NCBI GenBank assembly: GCA_030141605.1
Contig: JAQGDQ010000984.1
Span: 1-64,000, forward strand
DNA from: Tubiluchus corallicola
Taxonomy: Eukaryota > Animalia > Priapulida
Direction: 5' to 3'
Length of the DNA: 64,000 bases
Every line of letters begins with the position of its first letter. Positions within the stretch are counted from its first letter, which is position 1. The translations under genes and the position numbers were made by a program. The notes under the pieces are model-generated. The model saw only the letters and a list, made by a program, of their open reading frames with translations, was not told the origin of the DNA and ran no database searches. Below are positions 1 through 13,800 of the stretch, piece after piece.

Positions 1-209
1 GGACTCCGTATTTTTGTTATGATTACTATTATGTTCATTAAAATATATGTACAAAAAATGTTCAAACGTTCCAAATATGTTCAACTGTCTCTCTCTCCCT
101 CTGTCTCTCTCTCTCTCTCTCTTTTATGCAACAACTTTACAACTGATAATGTAATAAATTCATGATTGTTATAAAATAAACTTAGTATTGTTAAATTTTG
201 AAACCAAAC

Positions 210-300
210 TCGCCTGAAAGAAAATCGTAGGGGTACAGCCTGCATTTGAACCAGGAACTCTTTGTTTACAAGTCGACGCTGTGACCACTACATTATTGCT
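210..300 (-). mobile_element. Degenerate tRNA-like SINE head
   Basis: Minus strand reads TAATGTAGTGGTCACAGCGTCGACTTGTAAACAAAGAGTTCCTGGTTCAAATGC, with A-box and B-box spacing. Confidence 0.4.
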
Positions 301-493
301 GTCGCAAACGGTGATCACGAGAGATGTATATTTAATCTGTATAATTTATGAGAGATGTATAATGGACATTTTCCCGACAAATCACAAAGAAATGGCATCT
401 ATCTTCATGTGTCAACACATTTTATTTACGTGGACATTTATTTATGTTTGTGTGACAGATCAGTACCAGTAATGTAAGCAATGATAGTTCAAA

Positions 494-1017
494 AGAGAAA
501 ATCATTAATCCTATGCATAGGAAGAAACAGCTTAAACTTAGGAGAAACACAGATAATAATGCCAGAAAAACTAACAACAGTAAGAGCAAAAATTAATAGT
601 TGTAAATACTGGGTTAGAGTTTCATAAATTGACAAGAGATGGCGCCACATACATACACACACGCACACACACACACAAATCATTAATCCTATACATAGAA
701 AGATACAGCTTAAACTTAGGAGAAACACAGATAATAATGTAAGAAAAACTAACAACAGTAAGAGCAAAAATTAATAGTTGTAAATACTGGGTTAGAGTTT
801 CATAAATTGACAAGAGATGGCGCCACATACATACACACACGAACAAACACACACGCACGCGCACACACACAAATCATTAATCCTATACATAGGAAGATAC
901 AGCTTAAACTTAGGAGAAACACAGATAATAATGCCAGAAAAACTAACAACAGTAAGAGCAAAAATTAATAGTTGTAAATACTGGGTTAGAGTTTCATAAA
1001 TTGACAAGAGATGGCGT
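494..1017. repeat. Tandem repeat of about 180 bp, 3 copies, with (CA)n spacers
   Basis: Direct inspection. Confidence 0.9.
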
Positions 1018-1413
1018 GTTGCACGTGTTTGTGAAAGCGGGAATTAAAGTACAGTGCTTATGTAAGACATTCAGTGTGTTGTAATAAAACTAGGCAAGTT
1101 TTAAGATAAAAATTCAAATTTCATATTTAAGGCTATACTCACGCATGAGCTGTCGAACGTGTGTATTTGTCACAAACTAACACATCTGAACTGAGGGGTA
1201 CAACACCTGTTTTTTGTGCAATACGTTTCCAAAATGCAGGCGCTAGTGCCCGTCTAACTTGCGAATGGCGAAATGCGTGTAACAGTGAAGAACTAGTGGC
1301 GTGAACGTGAAATTGTGTTTGTGCGGTAATAATTCTTTCACGTAAATCATTTTTGAAAACATAGTATGTTTCTTTCAATATTTTAAATAGTAGATTGTTT
1401 TGACCTAGAGTTT

Positions 1414-2188
1414 CACCTTACTTAAATGAACAAATGATTATAGTTATGCATGCTTTTGTAAATAACTTAATGTAAATAAGGATTAAGTAAATGATGTAAT
1501 AATTTGAGTAGTGCGAGGTGAGTGTACGACCATATGGTCATTAACACACTCACCTTACTTAAATGAAAAAATGATTATAGTTATGCGTGCTTCTGTAGAT
1601 AACTTAATGTAAATAAGGTTGAAGTAAATGATGTAATAATTTGAGTATTGCGAGATGAGTGTACGACCATACGGTCATTAACACACTCACCTTACTTAAA
1701 TGAACAATGATTATAGTTATGCATGCTTCTGTAGATAACTTAATGTAAATAAGGATGAAGTAAATGATGTAATAATTTGAGTAGTGCGAGGTGAGTGTAC
1801 GACCATACGGTCATTAACACACTCACCTTACTTAAATGAAAAAATGATTATAGTTATGCATGCTTCTGTAGATAACTTAATGTAAATAAGAATGAAGTAA
1901 ATGATGTAATAATTTGAGTAGGGTGAGGTGAGTGTACGACCATACGGTCATTAACACACTCACCTTACTTAAATGAACAAATGATTATAGTTATGCATGC
2001 TTCTGTAGATAACTTAATGTAAATAAGGATGAAGTAAATGATGTAATAATTTGAGTAGTGCGAGGTGAGTGTACGAACATACGGTCATTAACACACTCAC
2101 CTTACTTAAATGAAAAAATGATTATAGTTATGCATGCTTTTGTAGATAACTTAATGTAAATAAGGATGAAGTAAATGATGTAATAATA
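1414..2188. repeat. Tandem repeat of about 137 bp, about 5.6 copies
   Basis: Unit begins cactcaccttacttaaatga. Confidence 0.9.
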
Positions 2189-2704
2189 GCAATAATAAGA
2201 GCAATAAACCTGAAAATTGAGAAAGGAAAACATAATATTGTTACATAATAATAGTGTAATTACGACTTTGAGTGAGCCTTAAAGAGTGAAAATTTTTTTT
2301 AAATAGTTACGAACATGAATTATGTGATTATCTGTCAATGCACCACTTACTTGTATATACAATGATATACATATACATATATACTGCTACTTCTACTACT
2401 ACTATTGCCGCTGCTACTGCTACTACTACTACTACCACTACCACTACCACTACCACTACTACTACTTCCACTACTATTACTACTACTACAATAATATACA
2501 ATGATAACAACTTTCGAATCTGCTGATAACAGAAAACGAACAAAAACTTTTACGCCATAAGTTCAACTGAAATTTAATGTTCTTATTTTGTTAAATTAAC
2601 TCAGTATCACAGTTACTAGTTACTAATTTTAACACTACGGTCAACAAGCATAGAGAACAATACGATTATACTTCTTTCATGATTGAAACTAAAATGACTA
2701 AATT

Positions 2705-2953
2705 TACAAAATTGTGCTAACACGATTACAAAATTGTGCTAACACGATTACAAAATCGTGCTAACACGATTACAGAATCGTGCTAACACGATTACAGAAT
2801 CGTGCTAACACGATTACAAAATTGTGCTAACACGATTATAAAATCGTGCTAACACGATTACAGAATCGTGCTAACACGATTACAAAATTGTGCTAACACG
2901 ATTACAGAATCGTGCTAACACGATTACAAAATTGTGCTAACACGATTACACGA
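2705..2953. repeat. 22-bp minisatellite, about 11 copies
   Basis: Unit acaaaattgtgctaacacgatt. Confidence 0.9.
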
Positions 2954-3642
2954 TAGCAGATGACAAAAAATCAGCACTTTCGCTGGCAAGCATCACTACT
3001 GCGCTATTGACTGTTCGAGGCATAACTTCAGTGAAAGTTAAGCTTCCCTCGACTCGCTACACTGAAAAACAAGATGGGTGAGCAAAGTTTTAATTTGCCA
3101 CACATGATCAAGAACACTTCCTTTCACTTCGGTAAGTAACTTAAACCCACGGATAATTACATAATTATAAAAACTTTTCAATTCGGAAGCACAAATGCAT
3201 CTTTAATGAAACATCTTGCATCACTCCATACACTCCATAGAAGATTACTTCTAATAGCAATGCATTAAAGTAATGGTCGATTTCTGGGGCAAATAAATCA
3301 CTGAAACAATGCATAAGGGTTAGCCATAGGAGCATTCTCAAGACCCATCACACTAGATCACTCTATCGCCTCAACTTTAGAAACAAAAGAACATTCGTTT
3401 CTTCCGAGTTTCGGTAACAAATAGAGGTCGCTGATCGAAATGAAACAAAAGAACGTTCGTTCCTTCTCAGTTTTGTTATGAAATAGAGACGCAGTGATTG
3501 TAACAAAACAAAAGAACGTTCGTTCCTTCTCCGTTTTGGTAACAAATAGCGGTGTTCTGATTACTCTGTCTCAATTGCAATGGCACCTGCTGCCACCTAG
3601 TGTGCCGAAATTTAACAAAATGACCTAATGTCTAATTTCCTA

Positions 3643-4877
3643 TCATTGACTGCGTTTACTCGGAGGCACGAACGACGTCGCCGCTTTGATGGACTTGTAC
3701 GCCGGAACCACCTCCTGTAGGGCGGCGCCACCGTCGCGCTGCACCTGCCACGCCACCTTCTTGTGATGCTGCTTGACGGCATCCTGCACGCGTTCATCGA
3801 TCATCTTCTCCGTCAGCACCCCTTCCTCGGAGGCGTACGCGCTCGCCTGCCAGCCGACGGCCAGCTTGGAGATCTCTCGTCCGGAGAAACCGTCCAGCTC
3901 CGCGGCGATGTCCGAACACTTCCGGCCGTAGTCGAACTGGTCAACTTTCAGCCGCTTGGCGCCCCGCGTGGCCGGCTGCAGGACGAACTGGTCGAAGTAC
4001 AACCGCACTAATCTATCCCGTTCTTCCTTTCCGGGATAATCGAACTCCACCATCTCGTCGATCCGATCGTTAATCGCCCAATCGAACTGCTCCGGTTGAT
4101 TGCTGGCGATGCACAGCATGAACTTGCGCGACTGCTCGCCCGTCCGATACAAGAACGCGTTGAGCGTCGCTCTCATGTCCTCGCTGATCACTTCCGTGCT
4201 CCGTTTCCGTAGAAACGCGTCGCCCTCGTCCAGGAAGAGCAGCAGCCCTTGACGACTCGTGCCGGCCCAGTCGAAAACTTTGTGTATGGCGCTCACTCCG
4301 TCGCGTCCCATCGGCGCGACGTCACCCCCCGTCATAATGGCGTAGTCCATGCCGGAGTGAGCCGCCAGACTCTTAGCGAACATCGTCTTGCCCGTACCGG
4401 GTGGGCCAAAAAATAAAATGTTTCTATAGAAACCACGATTCTTCTTCGTGTGTCTGGTCGTTATGGCGACATCGCGTAGCCGTTGTTCCAGACTCGGCTC
4501 CAGGATGATTCCCTTCAGCGCGTCCTGCGGCTTGCTGAACAACCGTCTCGTCGTCCTGACCGGATGGCGCACCGTGTCGACGAACGTCAACCGCGACGTG
4601 TCGCGGATCAGCGACGGTTTGCCTAGCCGGTTTTCCACGTACCGAGCGGCTACGCCCGTGCCCATTTTGGCCGAGTACACGCCGACGGCGAGGACCGTCA
4701 GTCCGGCCGCGGCGGCCGTGATCTTGTCCCAGTCCGATATGAACGTCTGCAGTCCGGCGCCGACGACCGAGCCGATGGTTCTGATGGATTCCAACACGGT
4801 GGTGCGGTGTTCCGACGCCCGGAGTCGGATCTGCTCCATGTTGAGGTCGTGGTTCTCTCTCTCCATCTGAGCTCTTC
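3643..4877 (-). CDS. ATAD3: ATAD3 exon 5 (transmembrane region and the whole AAA domain, stop TGA)
   Basis: Lies within the 414-aa ORF; Walker A and B motifs; acceptor ttttcag. Confidence 0.96.
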
Positions 4878-7800
4878 CTGAAAACAAGGAAAACGGGAAA
4901 ATGAATTCGTTTACGTGAAGTCTCGATCAGAAACAACGTCAAAGACGTTTCCGTAAACATACCAAGATCATCTGGCAAGAACAACTACAACAAAAACCAC
5001 CACGGTCACAATGATAATTACAAGAACAATAACCCAAACTGCAATTACAACAACTGTGGTAACAACAGCAACAGCAACTACAAAAATGGCAACAGCAACA
5101 TCATCATCAATGACAATGGCAAGAACAACACCAGAAGCATCATGGGCAAAAACAGTACAACAGGTTATAAGAGCAGCAGTAGCAACAATAATCACAACTA
5201 CAACAAAAACCACCACGGTCACAGCATCAGTCAGCAACAACAACAACAACAGCTGCTGCTGCTGCTGCTACAGCGACAACCACAGCAACATTGACGACAA
5301 TAACAACAAAAGTGGCAGCAGCAACAGCAACTACAAAAATGGCAACAGCAACATCAACATCATCATCAATGACAATGACAAGAACAACACCAGAAGCATC
5401 AAGGGCAACAACAGTACAACATGCTACAAGAACAGCAGCAGTAGCAACACCAATGACAAATACAACAAAAACAACCATGATCACAGCATCAGCAACAACA
5501 GCAGCAGCAGCAGCAACAACAACAACAACAACAACAAAGAAACCACAGCAGCAGTACGATACACGCATAAAATTCCTATAAAGTAATATAATTTTTTAAA
5601 TCGATTTTTCCGAAACCACTTCAAGTGCCCTTTTCTTGTCCTTTAACAATTTTTTACTGATTGAGTAACTGGACAGAAAAATGTTTAATAAGCATTTGGT
5701 CCATTATCCCTGTATCATGTACCGGAACTTTCCAACCTAATACATGCATTACAAGCTACAATATATTAGACTGTAGCTCAACAAGCTAGATTAATTTTTT
5801 CATTATGACATTCTATAGACGGAGCTTGTTGCATTTAAAATTTCACCTGTAATTATGCTGCCACTGCCGACATTCTGGCTTTTCTTAACTCACTCTTGGA
5901 CTAGTAATAATAAACGGACCTTGTAATGTACAAGCTCAAACCAACATTGCCACGGGAACCCAACATTGGTCTGAGCGTGTACCATTACAAGCAGAATGGG
6001 AAACACGCATGTGAGTAAATAGTTGGAATTACGTGGAAACAAAGGAAAACTGGGTGATCGTGTAAACACGATTTCAGAGTAAATAATGCTGTGAAATATT
6101 GAAAACTACAATAGCTTATTTTAAATCAAAGCTTAGATTAAATAATAATTACCTCGGATACTCAAATTTTGTAAAACTTTCAAAACTTTTGAATCTACTA
6201 AGATTGACAGCCTTTCTGTCACATTCGCGTGGTTGACAAATAGAAGGCGGTACATTGATAACCATGATCATGAACTGCAGTGTTAGTTTCATGACGTCAC
6301 ATGATGTACAGCCCGCCCATTTTTCATGACATCATGCATTTAAATGTGCTTGATGCGCAAGGGAAGATGCCTGTCATTGCACAAATTGTGGTTAGTTTCT
6401 GACGTCAACAATACTTGTGTTCTATTGCCTTTAATTAACTTTCTAAGCTAATTATTCAAATGTAAGGAACAATTGTTAACTTTTATAGGCAAGAAAATGT
6501 GTATTTTGGACAATAAATTAAAATGAGATTGAGTCTAAACAATCATCCGGTCTTCGTTTAACAAGGTTCCGGTTCAACCACACCTTTCATTTCTGCTTCG
6601 ATGCGCTTCATATCTGCTTTGCCGCGTAGTTCGCTCTCGTACTCCATCGTCGAGCGTTTCATGGCTTCCTGCCGTTTCACGCTGTCCTCCTGCTGTCTCA
6701 GATTCTGCTCGTTCATGTGCCGTTGCTGCGCCAGTTGATCGTCATACCTGGAAACAAAACAAAAGAGCGTTCATTTCTTTCTCGGGTATGGCAACAAATA
6801 GAAGTGTATTGATTATATTGAAACAATAGAACGTTCGTTTCTTTCGCAGTTTTGGTAACAAACAGAGATGCACTGATGGTAACGAAACAAAGGAATATTC
6901 TTTCCCTCTCAGCTCTGGTAACAAACAGAAGTGAACTGATTTTGACAAAACAAAAGAACGTTCGTTCCTTCTCAGCTCTGGTAACAAACAGAAGTGAACT
7001 GATTCTAACAAAACAAAAGAACATTCGTTCCTTCTCAGCTCTGGTAACAAACAGAAGTGAATTGATTTTAACAAAACAAAAGAACATTCGTTTCTTCTCA
7101 GTTTTCGTAACAAATAGAGGTCGCTGATCGAAACGAAACAAAAGAACATTCGTTTCTTCTCAGTTCTGGTAACAAACAGAAGTGAACTGATTCTAACAAA
7201 ACAAAAGAACGTTCGTTCCTTCTCAGCTCTGGTAACAAATAGAGGTGAACTGATTCTAACAAAACAAAAGAACGTTCGTTCCTTCTCAGCTCTGGTAACA
7301 AACAGAAGTGAACTGATTCTAACAAAACAAAAGAACGTTCGTTCCTTCTCAGCTCTGGTAACAAATAGAGGTGCACTGATCATATAATTTATCAATTAAC
7401 CTATTGCAATGAACCAGCAGCAGATTAGAAGAAAAAATTGGCCAATTACCGATTAATTCATCGACTTATACAAAACTTAGGCAGGCCATTCTGTTAAACT
7501 AAAATTTCTGTGTCCAAGTCTGTGCCATATGTAACTAAATTGTTACTTCAGTGTTGAAACTTATCTTCATTTTAAATAGCTGCCATTTACTAGACACTTG
7601 TTAACTCATTTATTTTAAAAACAATGGAAACAATGCCGGTTTTGTTTGGTTCTATGCTAAACAGTTACTCATACAGTCAAATATTGTTATAATGCCAACT
7701 TTTTTCAGTCCCGAAGTAATCAAATCAGTATCCATCCTCACAGTAGTTGCAAAACAGTGGTGTTAGCTTAATCAAGTTATCTTAATTTTACATACTATTA

Positions 7801-10800
7801 ACAAATAATAGTCTTTCTATTATTATTATCTTTTATATCATCTCATATATGAGCTTCATTCATTACATCATTCCATTTTAAGCAATAATGTTCTTTTTTA
7901 TCACACGATTCACTTCAAATTTTCAGATTATTTCCATTACTTTTTTTTCTATCACTGTGTGGGACAATCTAACATGCCCTGATTTTTGAATGCCTGCAAC
8001 ACATTTACCTTCGTATATAGGCAAACAGTGTTTGAGGCTTTTCCTGTGCAGAAACAATAAAAACTTATTTGTATTACGTTCATTGTGGGCCCTTTCACTA
8101 GATATTGTACATGAAACTATTGTAAATGTGTAATGTGAAATAAATGACGTATGACTATGACTTATGTGGTAGACAGAGATTTGTCTGTAGCTCAAAAAAT
8201 TAACCGTGAAACAGATTCACGAACAGCGAATGAAATAACACACGCGGTCACGTGGGACACCTTTGTTTTCGACAGGCGCCGCGTCTGTGAATAGAAGATT
8301 TCTGCTGCTGCTGAAGTCATGCACGACTCACCGAGTATCACGTGGATTTACTGTCGTAATTCAAGCTACGAAGGATTTTTATGTGTTTAATTTATTAACT
8401 ATTGTGTTCTTATCGGAATATGGCTGAAGATTTCTGACATTTTCTTTGACCAGACATTATTTACAGTTATCTGCTCATTAGCCAATCATCAAAGACAAAA
8501 TCAATTGACTATCGATTATCAGAAAAATCGCCCAATATTTGCAAAAACTGATTAAATCGGTGCACCTTTAGAAACAAGTTGCGTAAGTGAGACGCAAAAT
8601 AACCAAATTATGTATAGAACCCAGAGCCGCGCCGTTTCAGCTGAGCTCAAACCGGTTTATTTCTACAGTAGATCTAGCCAATAAGAAACCCAGCCTTAGT
8701 CCCGCCAGCCACTCAGTGATGGGAAGCGACATTTTTGCCGGCTGCGAAGATTTCCGCTCTTGCGATAATCACGTGGCACTGCAAATCACTGAATGCAATG
8801 TGGCAAGTGCATCCCAGATTCGTGGAAAGACTGTGTGTGGTAGAGATACTAAACTTTAGAAATTTTTGAACGAGAAAACTGGTCAATTCAAAATTAAATA
8901 CACGAATAGGCAACGTTACTAAATTACATGTATTTTGATTAAATGGACCATAATTTTTTTATTTAAGTTAGGCGAAATTTTGAGTTATATATTCTGAGTT
9001 AAGCAAAGTTCTTTTGTAAGAAAAGTTAAGGATTTCATCTGTTCTGTTGAAACTTTTTTAGTTTCCAGCTGTGCGATTTTCAGCTATGCGGAGTTTACTG
9101 TACTAAGTTCAAGGCGTATCTAGGATGGGGTGCTAGATCCACAGGGCTGATCAACTTATTTGTTTTGATTAATAAATCTGCCTGGCATGAATTTATGTCG
9201 TTTCTTGTTCAAGTTTTTTCGACGCCTGATTTAACGGCATTCTTTAAAGTGTTATCGGCTTCTGATGGTTTAGATTTTTAACAGCAGATGCCACCACACG
9301 TTAGTTTAATGTATTTCATTTTTGAGCAAATTTGCTTTCAATATTCAACAATAGCGGGTTTAATCCCTTATCAGTAATAATAACCTTGAAATGAATAAGT
9401 ATCAATAATTGGTCTACATCAGGGGTGTGCAAATTGCGGCCCGCGGGCCACTTGCGGCCTGTCGAGAGAATTTGTACGGCCCGCGAAAAGATTTGTCAAC
9501 CTAATGAAAGTGCGGCCCGGGCAATTAATTGAGTGTATCCAGCTGAAGTCCGTGCCACGATCCCAAAGATAGTGCGGTTAGTTTTTTCTACTAGATCGGA
9601 TGCCAATAACCCTTACAAGACGGTTGTAGCTTAATGTCACTGTACTACACAGACTGTGTGATACACATTACTAATATGCATTGTAATGAAATTACCACTA
9701 TCTGTCCTGAAAGTAGAGATATATGGTTTGTAATATAAATTTTAATAACTTCTAAAATAGTTTCTTGAGTGTAGTAGTAATGATGTACGCAGGTCGGATG
9801 CAAAAAAAATCGTTATTAGGCCTTTCTGTACTTGGTTCTTTGATCAAACTGCCTGTGGCCCGCAGGAATTGCGGGAAAGTTTAACGTGGCCCGGCTAGTC
9901 AGATAATTTGCACACCCCTGGTCTAAATGTTTACTGTTTACCATTTGTTTACACTGTGTTTATCGTTTTTGTTTGTGATACCTAGCTTCGCTCACACGCT
10001 CCGTGCCAGCAGCAGACTTCTCAACCTACCTCTTTCGTGCTAGTTGATCTTGATACTGAGCTCTTTGCTGGTGATGCTTCGTCTCCTCCGACAGCGTTTT
10101 CCGCTTCTCTTCGTAAATCGCTCGCTCGTGTTCCAGTTTCATTTTCTCCATGGCTGCTTCGTATTCCTACGCAAAATCATAGCCATTTTGTTACGAGCTT
10201 TTCTGTTATACTATAACAATAAGCTTCTCGACAAAAAATGTGAATAAGTTCAAACAACTTAGACGATGTTTGTTTCCACAAGAACATTTTAATGATTTTT
10301 ACATCAAATTAGTACTGACTATAGTTGAGTGTTTACCACATGTTTTTCCCCTGCAGCTTCAACACTTAACTCATCTCTTTACTTACAATTTACAGTTCAT
10401 ACATACGACCAACTAGTACAAAAATATCAAGGAATCTTTAGCCACGCTACGTTCAAGGTCACCAAAAAGTCAAAAGTTCATACTGGGCGTGACCCAAAAA
10501 CTGCCATCATGAAGGACGACCTGCACAACATCAAAACGTTATGTAAAGTGTCAACGACAAATTTGATTTAATTTTGATATGACAGCGTAATGACAAAAAC
10601 CAGAAGCAAAACTTATTAGATGTTTGCACCATTGTAAACACGTCCGAATAATTTAGAAAAAAAAGAACAAAAAAACGGAAGGATTTTAGGCAGTTTTTAA
10701 AAAAAGTTGTGCAAAGCAAGGATAGAAGTGATGGATAAAGGAATGTTCAAAAGGATAGGAAGAATGGCTTGTGAAGATTCAGCTAATCTTAAAAAATCTT

Positions 10801-13800
10801 AAATCTTAAAACAGAAAACTTAAAAAAACCGACACACTTTAGCTTTGGCTTGAAATTCCGTCTGCTTGGTGGTCTCCTGCATCTTCGACAGTTCCAGAAC
10901 CTCTTTCGCGTTCCGAGACGCCTCCAGTTCCTTTGCGGCCTTGGCGGCCCTCTCCAGCGCGGCCGAATCGAATCTGTACGCCTCCATCTGCGTTTTGGTT
11001 TTCTCATCGAGTTCGCCTAGACGTTTCTTATCCGCATCTGCAAATAAATAATAACAATAATAAATAATAATAATAACATAGCACATCAAAGGACAAGAAA
11101 AGGGGTACCTACAGTAGGTTTAAAGGACAAGAAATGTGCACCTGAAGTAGGTTTAAAGGACAAGAAAAGGGGCTCCTGAAGTAGGTTTAAAAGACAAGAA
11201 AAGGGGGCTCCTGAAGTAGGTTTAAAAGACAAGAAAAGGGGGCACCTGAAGTAGGTTTAAAGGATAAGAAAAGGGGGTACGTGAAGTAAGTTTAAAGGAC
11301 AAGAAAAGGGGGTACCTGAAGTAGGTTTAAAGGACAAGAAAAGGGGTACCTAAAGCAGGTTTAAAGGACAAGAAATGGGGCACCTGAAGTAGGTTTAAAG
11401 GACAAGAAAAGGGGCTCCTGAAGTAGGTTTAAAGGACAAGAAAAGGGGCTCCTGAAGTAGGTTTAAAAGACAAGAAAAGGGGCTCCTGAAGTAGGTTTAA
11501 TAGACAAGAAAAGGGGGGCACCTGAAGTAGGTTTAAAGGATAAGAAAAAGGGTTACCTGAAGTAAGTTTAAAGGACAAGAAAAGAGGGTACCTGAAGTAG
11601 GTTTCAGAAAAATTGCCTTAAAAAATTATATTACTCTATAGCAATTTTATGCCTATATCTTACTCGCGTTGAAAGGATTTTTTGTTTGTTTTCATTTTAA
11701 ATACTGTACCGACCGTAGCATTACGTGACATCATATACGCACAACGTAAATCATGGGATGAAAGGGAAATGTTAAATTTTGTCCCAAAAACTTTAAAAAA
11801 TTATCAGCAGTTGTAAAATGCCAGTGGGATACAGGCTATATTTAGCACACGCGGGCACAGGTAGAAAAAAATAATTATTATGTGTAAACAAGATGGACAT
11901 ACTGAACAAAAGTACCAAGCCAAAAAATGTTTTCTTATTAAAAACATAATTTGGGACTGAAAGGGTTAAACAAAATGCATGTTATTCCTTTGCCACAAAA
12001 ATGCAACAGCATAACACATCGTCGAATAAATAACCAGTTTTCATTGCCGGTTCCAAACATGTGAACGTGCCCTTAATGAATGCTTCTGTTTTTTTAGTTG
12101 GTTAATGGCATATTTACACCAACTCAATCCACTCACTGGACCACAATTACATAATACAACGGTTATGGTTATACAAAACGTTTGGGGAGATGGTATACAG
12201 GATGAATAGCAGGAAGGTGTCCATCGAGGACCTCGGCTACAGTGCACATTGTGCTAATTCTGTTACTGCATCTGTGTTTTGTGTTGTTATCATTATAGCC
12301 AAAAATAGTGTAAAATATAATAATTATAATAATTATAGTCATAAATGCTGTAAAATATAATTATTAGTTTATAAAAGATATACAGTTTTTTGTTTATTAT
12401 TGACTCGGCTGAAAGCATGAAATTTAAAAAAACGTATTTATTTGGAATGGCTAAATAACTTTTGCCGCTAAAATTTGAAAATAAAATGCTAGGGCAAAAA
12501 ATCTTTCATTAACGTATCAGTTAATCCAGGGGTGTGCAAATTATCTGACTAGCCGGGCCACATTAAACTTTCCCGCAATTCCTGCGGGCCACAGGCAGTT
12601 TGATCAAGGAGCCAAGCACAGAAAGGCCTAATAACGATTTTTTGCATCCGACCTGCGTACATCATTACTACTACACACAAGAAACTATTTTAGAAGTTAT
12701 TAAAATTTATATTACAAACCATATATTTCTACTTTCAGGACAGATAGTGGTAATTTCATTACAATGCATATTAGTAATGTGTATCACACAGTCTGTGTAG
12801 TACAGTGACATTAAGCTACAACCGTCTTGTAAGGGTTAATGGCATCCGATCTAGTAGAAAAAACTACCTGCACTATCTTTGGGATCGTGGCACGGACTTC
12901 AGCTGGATACACTCAATTAATCGCCCCGGCCGCACTTTCATTAGGTTGACAAATCTCTTGGCGGGCCGCACAAATTCTCTTGGCGGGCCGCAACTTGCAC
13001 ACCCCTGATTTAATCAAAGCCTTGTGAACTTAAGAATTATACATACCCTATGTTATTAATTGTGCTAAACTTATAAAGAATTACTTCCATAATTTGCCCT
13101 CCCAAAAAAACAAATTGACAGGCCTATTGTACCCAGACGCACTATCAAATTAAAAAGCTGAGATAAGAGAAAAACTTGCCTAGCTTAATGAGAGAAGGTT
13201 TTTCTATGACTGTTCGATTATTTATTGACTATGTCGAGAATTTCCGTTGATCTAATAAATTACCTAGTTGAGAACTAGCTGGTCTAAATTGATGTTTTAT
13301 CGTCTTTAAAGCCATCAAACTGAAATGTTTGTTCATTTATTTATGCGTTATTTAAAGGAAAAGTCTATAGGTTTTACACGTCAAATGTAGACACAGGAAA
13401 GTTCAAATGTGACTTAGGTAAGTCAAATGTAGATGCATTACTTTGAATAAATCGGTAATTAAGTTATTTAAGTGCAAATTAGAAAAAGATAAACCAAAGA
13501 CAGTGCATCTATTAGTAGGCCTATAACGTACGTTGTTATTTTAACTTAGGAGTAATTATTAAATTGAAATTAAAGAAGATTAAATTTAACATCCTTAAAC
13601 TTTAACAACTATCCCACATTTGAGATACGAATGTCACATTTGACTTGACACGTGTCTACATTTGACTTACCAAAAATGCTTAAGATTTCTTGAAAACCAT
13701 TGTTAACACATTTGAACTACCTAAGTCTACATTTGAGTTACCAAGACACATTTAAATTACCTAAATCTACATTTGAGTTAACGTAGGTCTACATTTGACA

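Noticed and set aside
631-1017. CTCF-like CAAGAGATGGCGC in each 180-bp unit, with similar motifs near 3591, 20711 and 33079
   Set aside because: Short motif matches inside repeats without supporting evidence; chance occurrence is plausible.
4968-5586. Thr/Asn/Val-rich ORFs
   Set aside because: Trinucleotide low-complexity sequence within ATAD3 intron 4.
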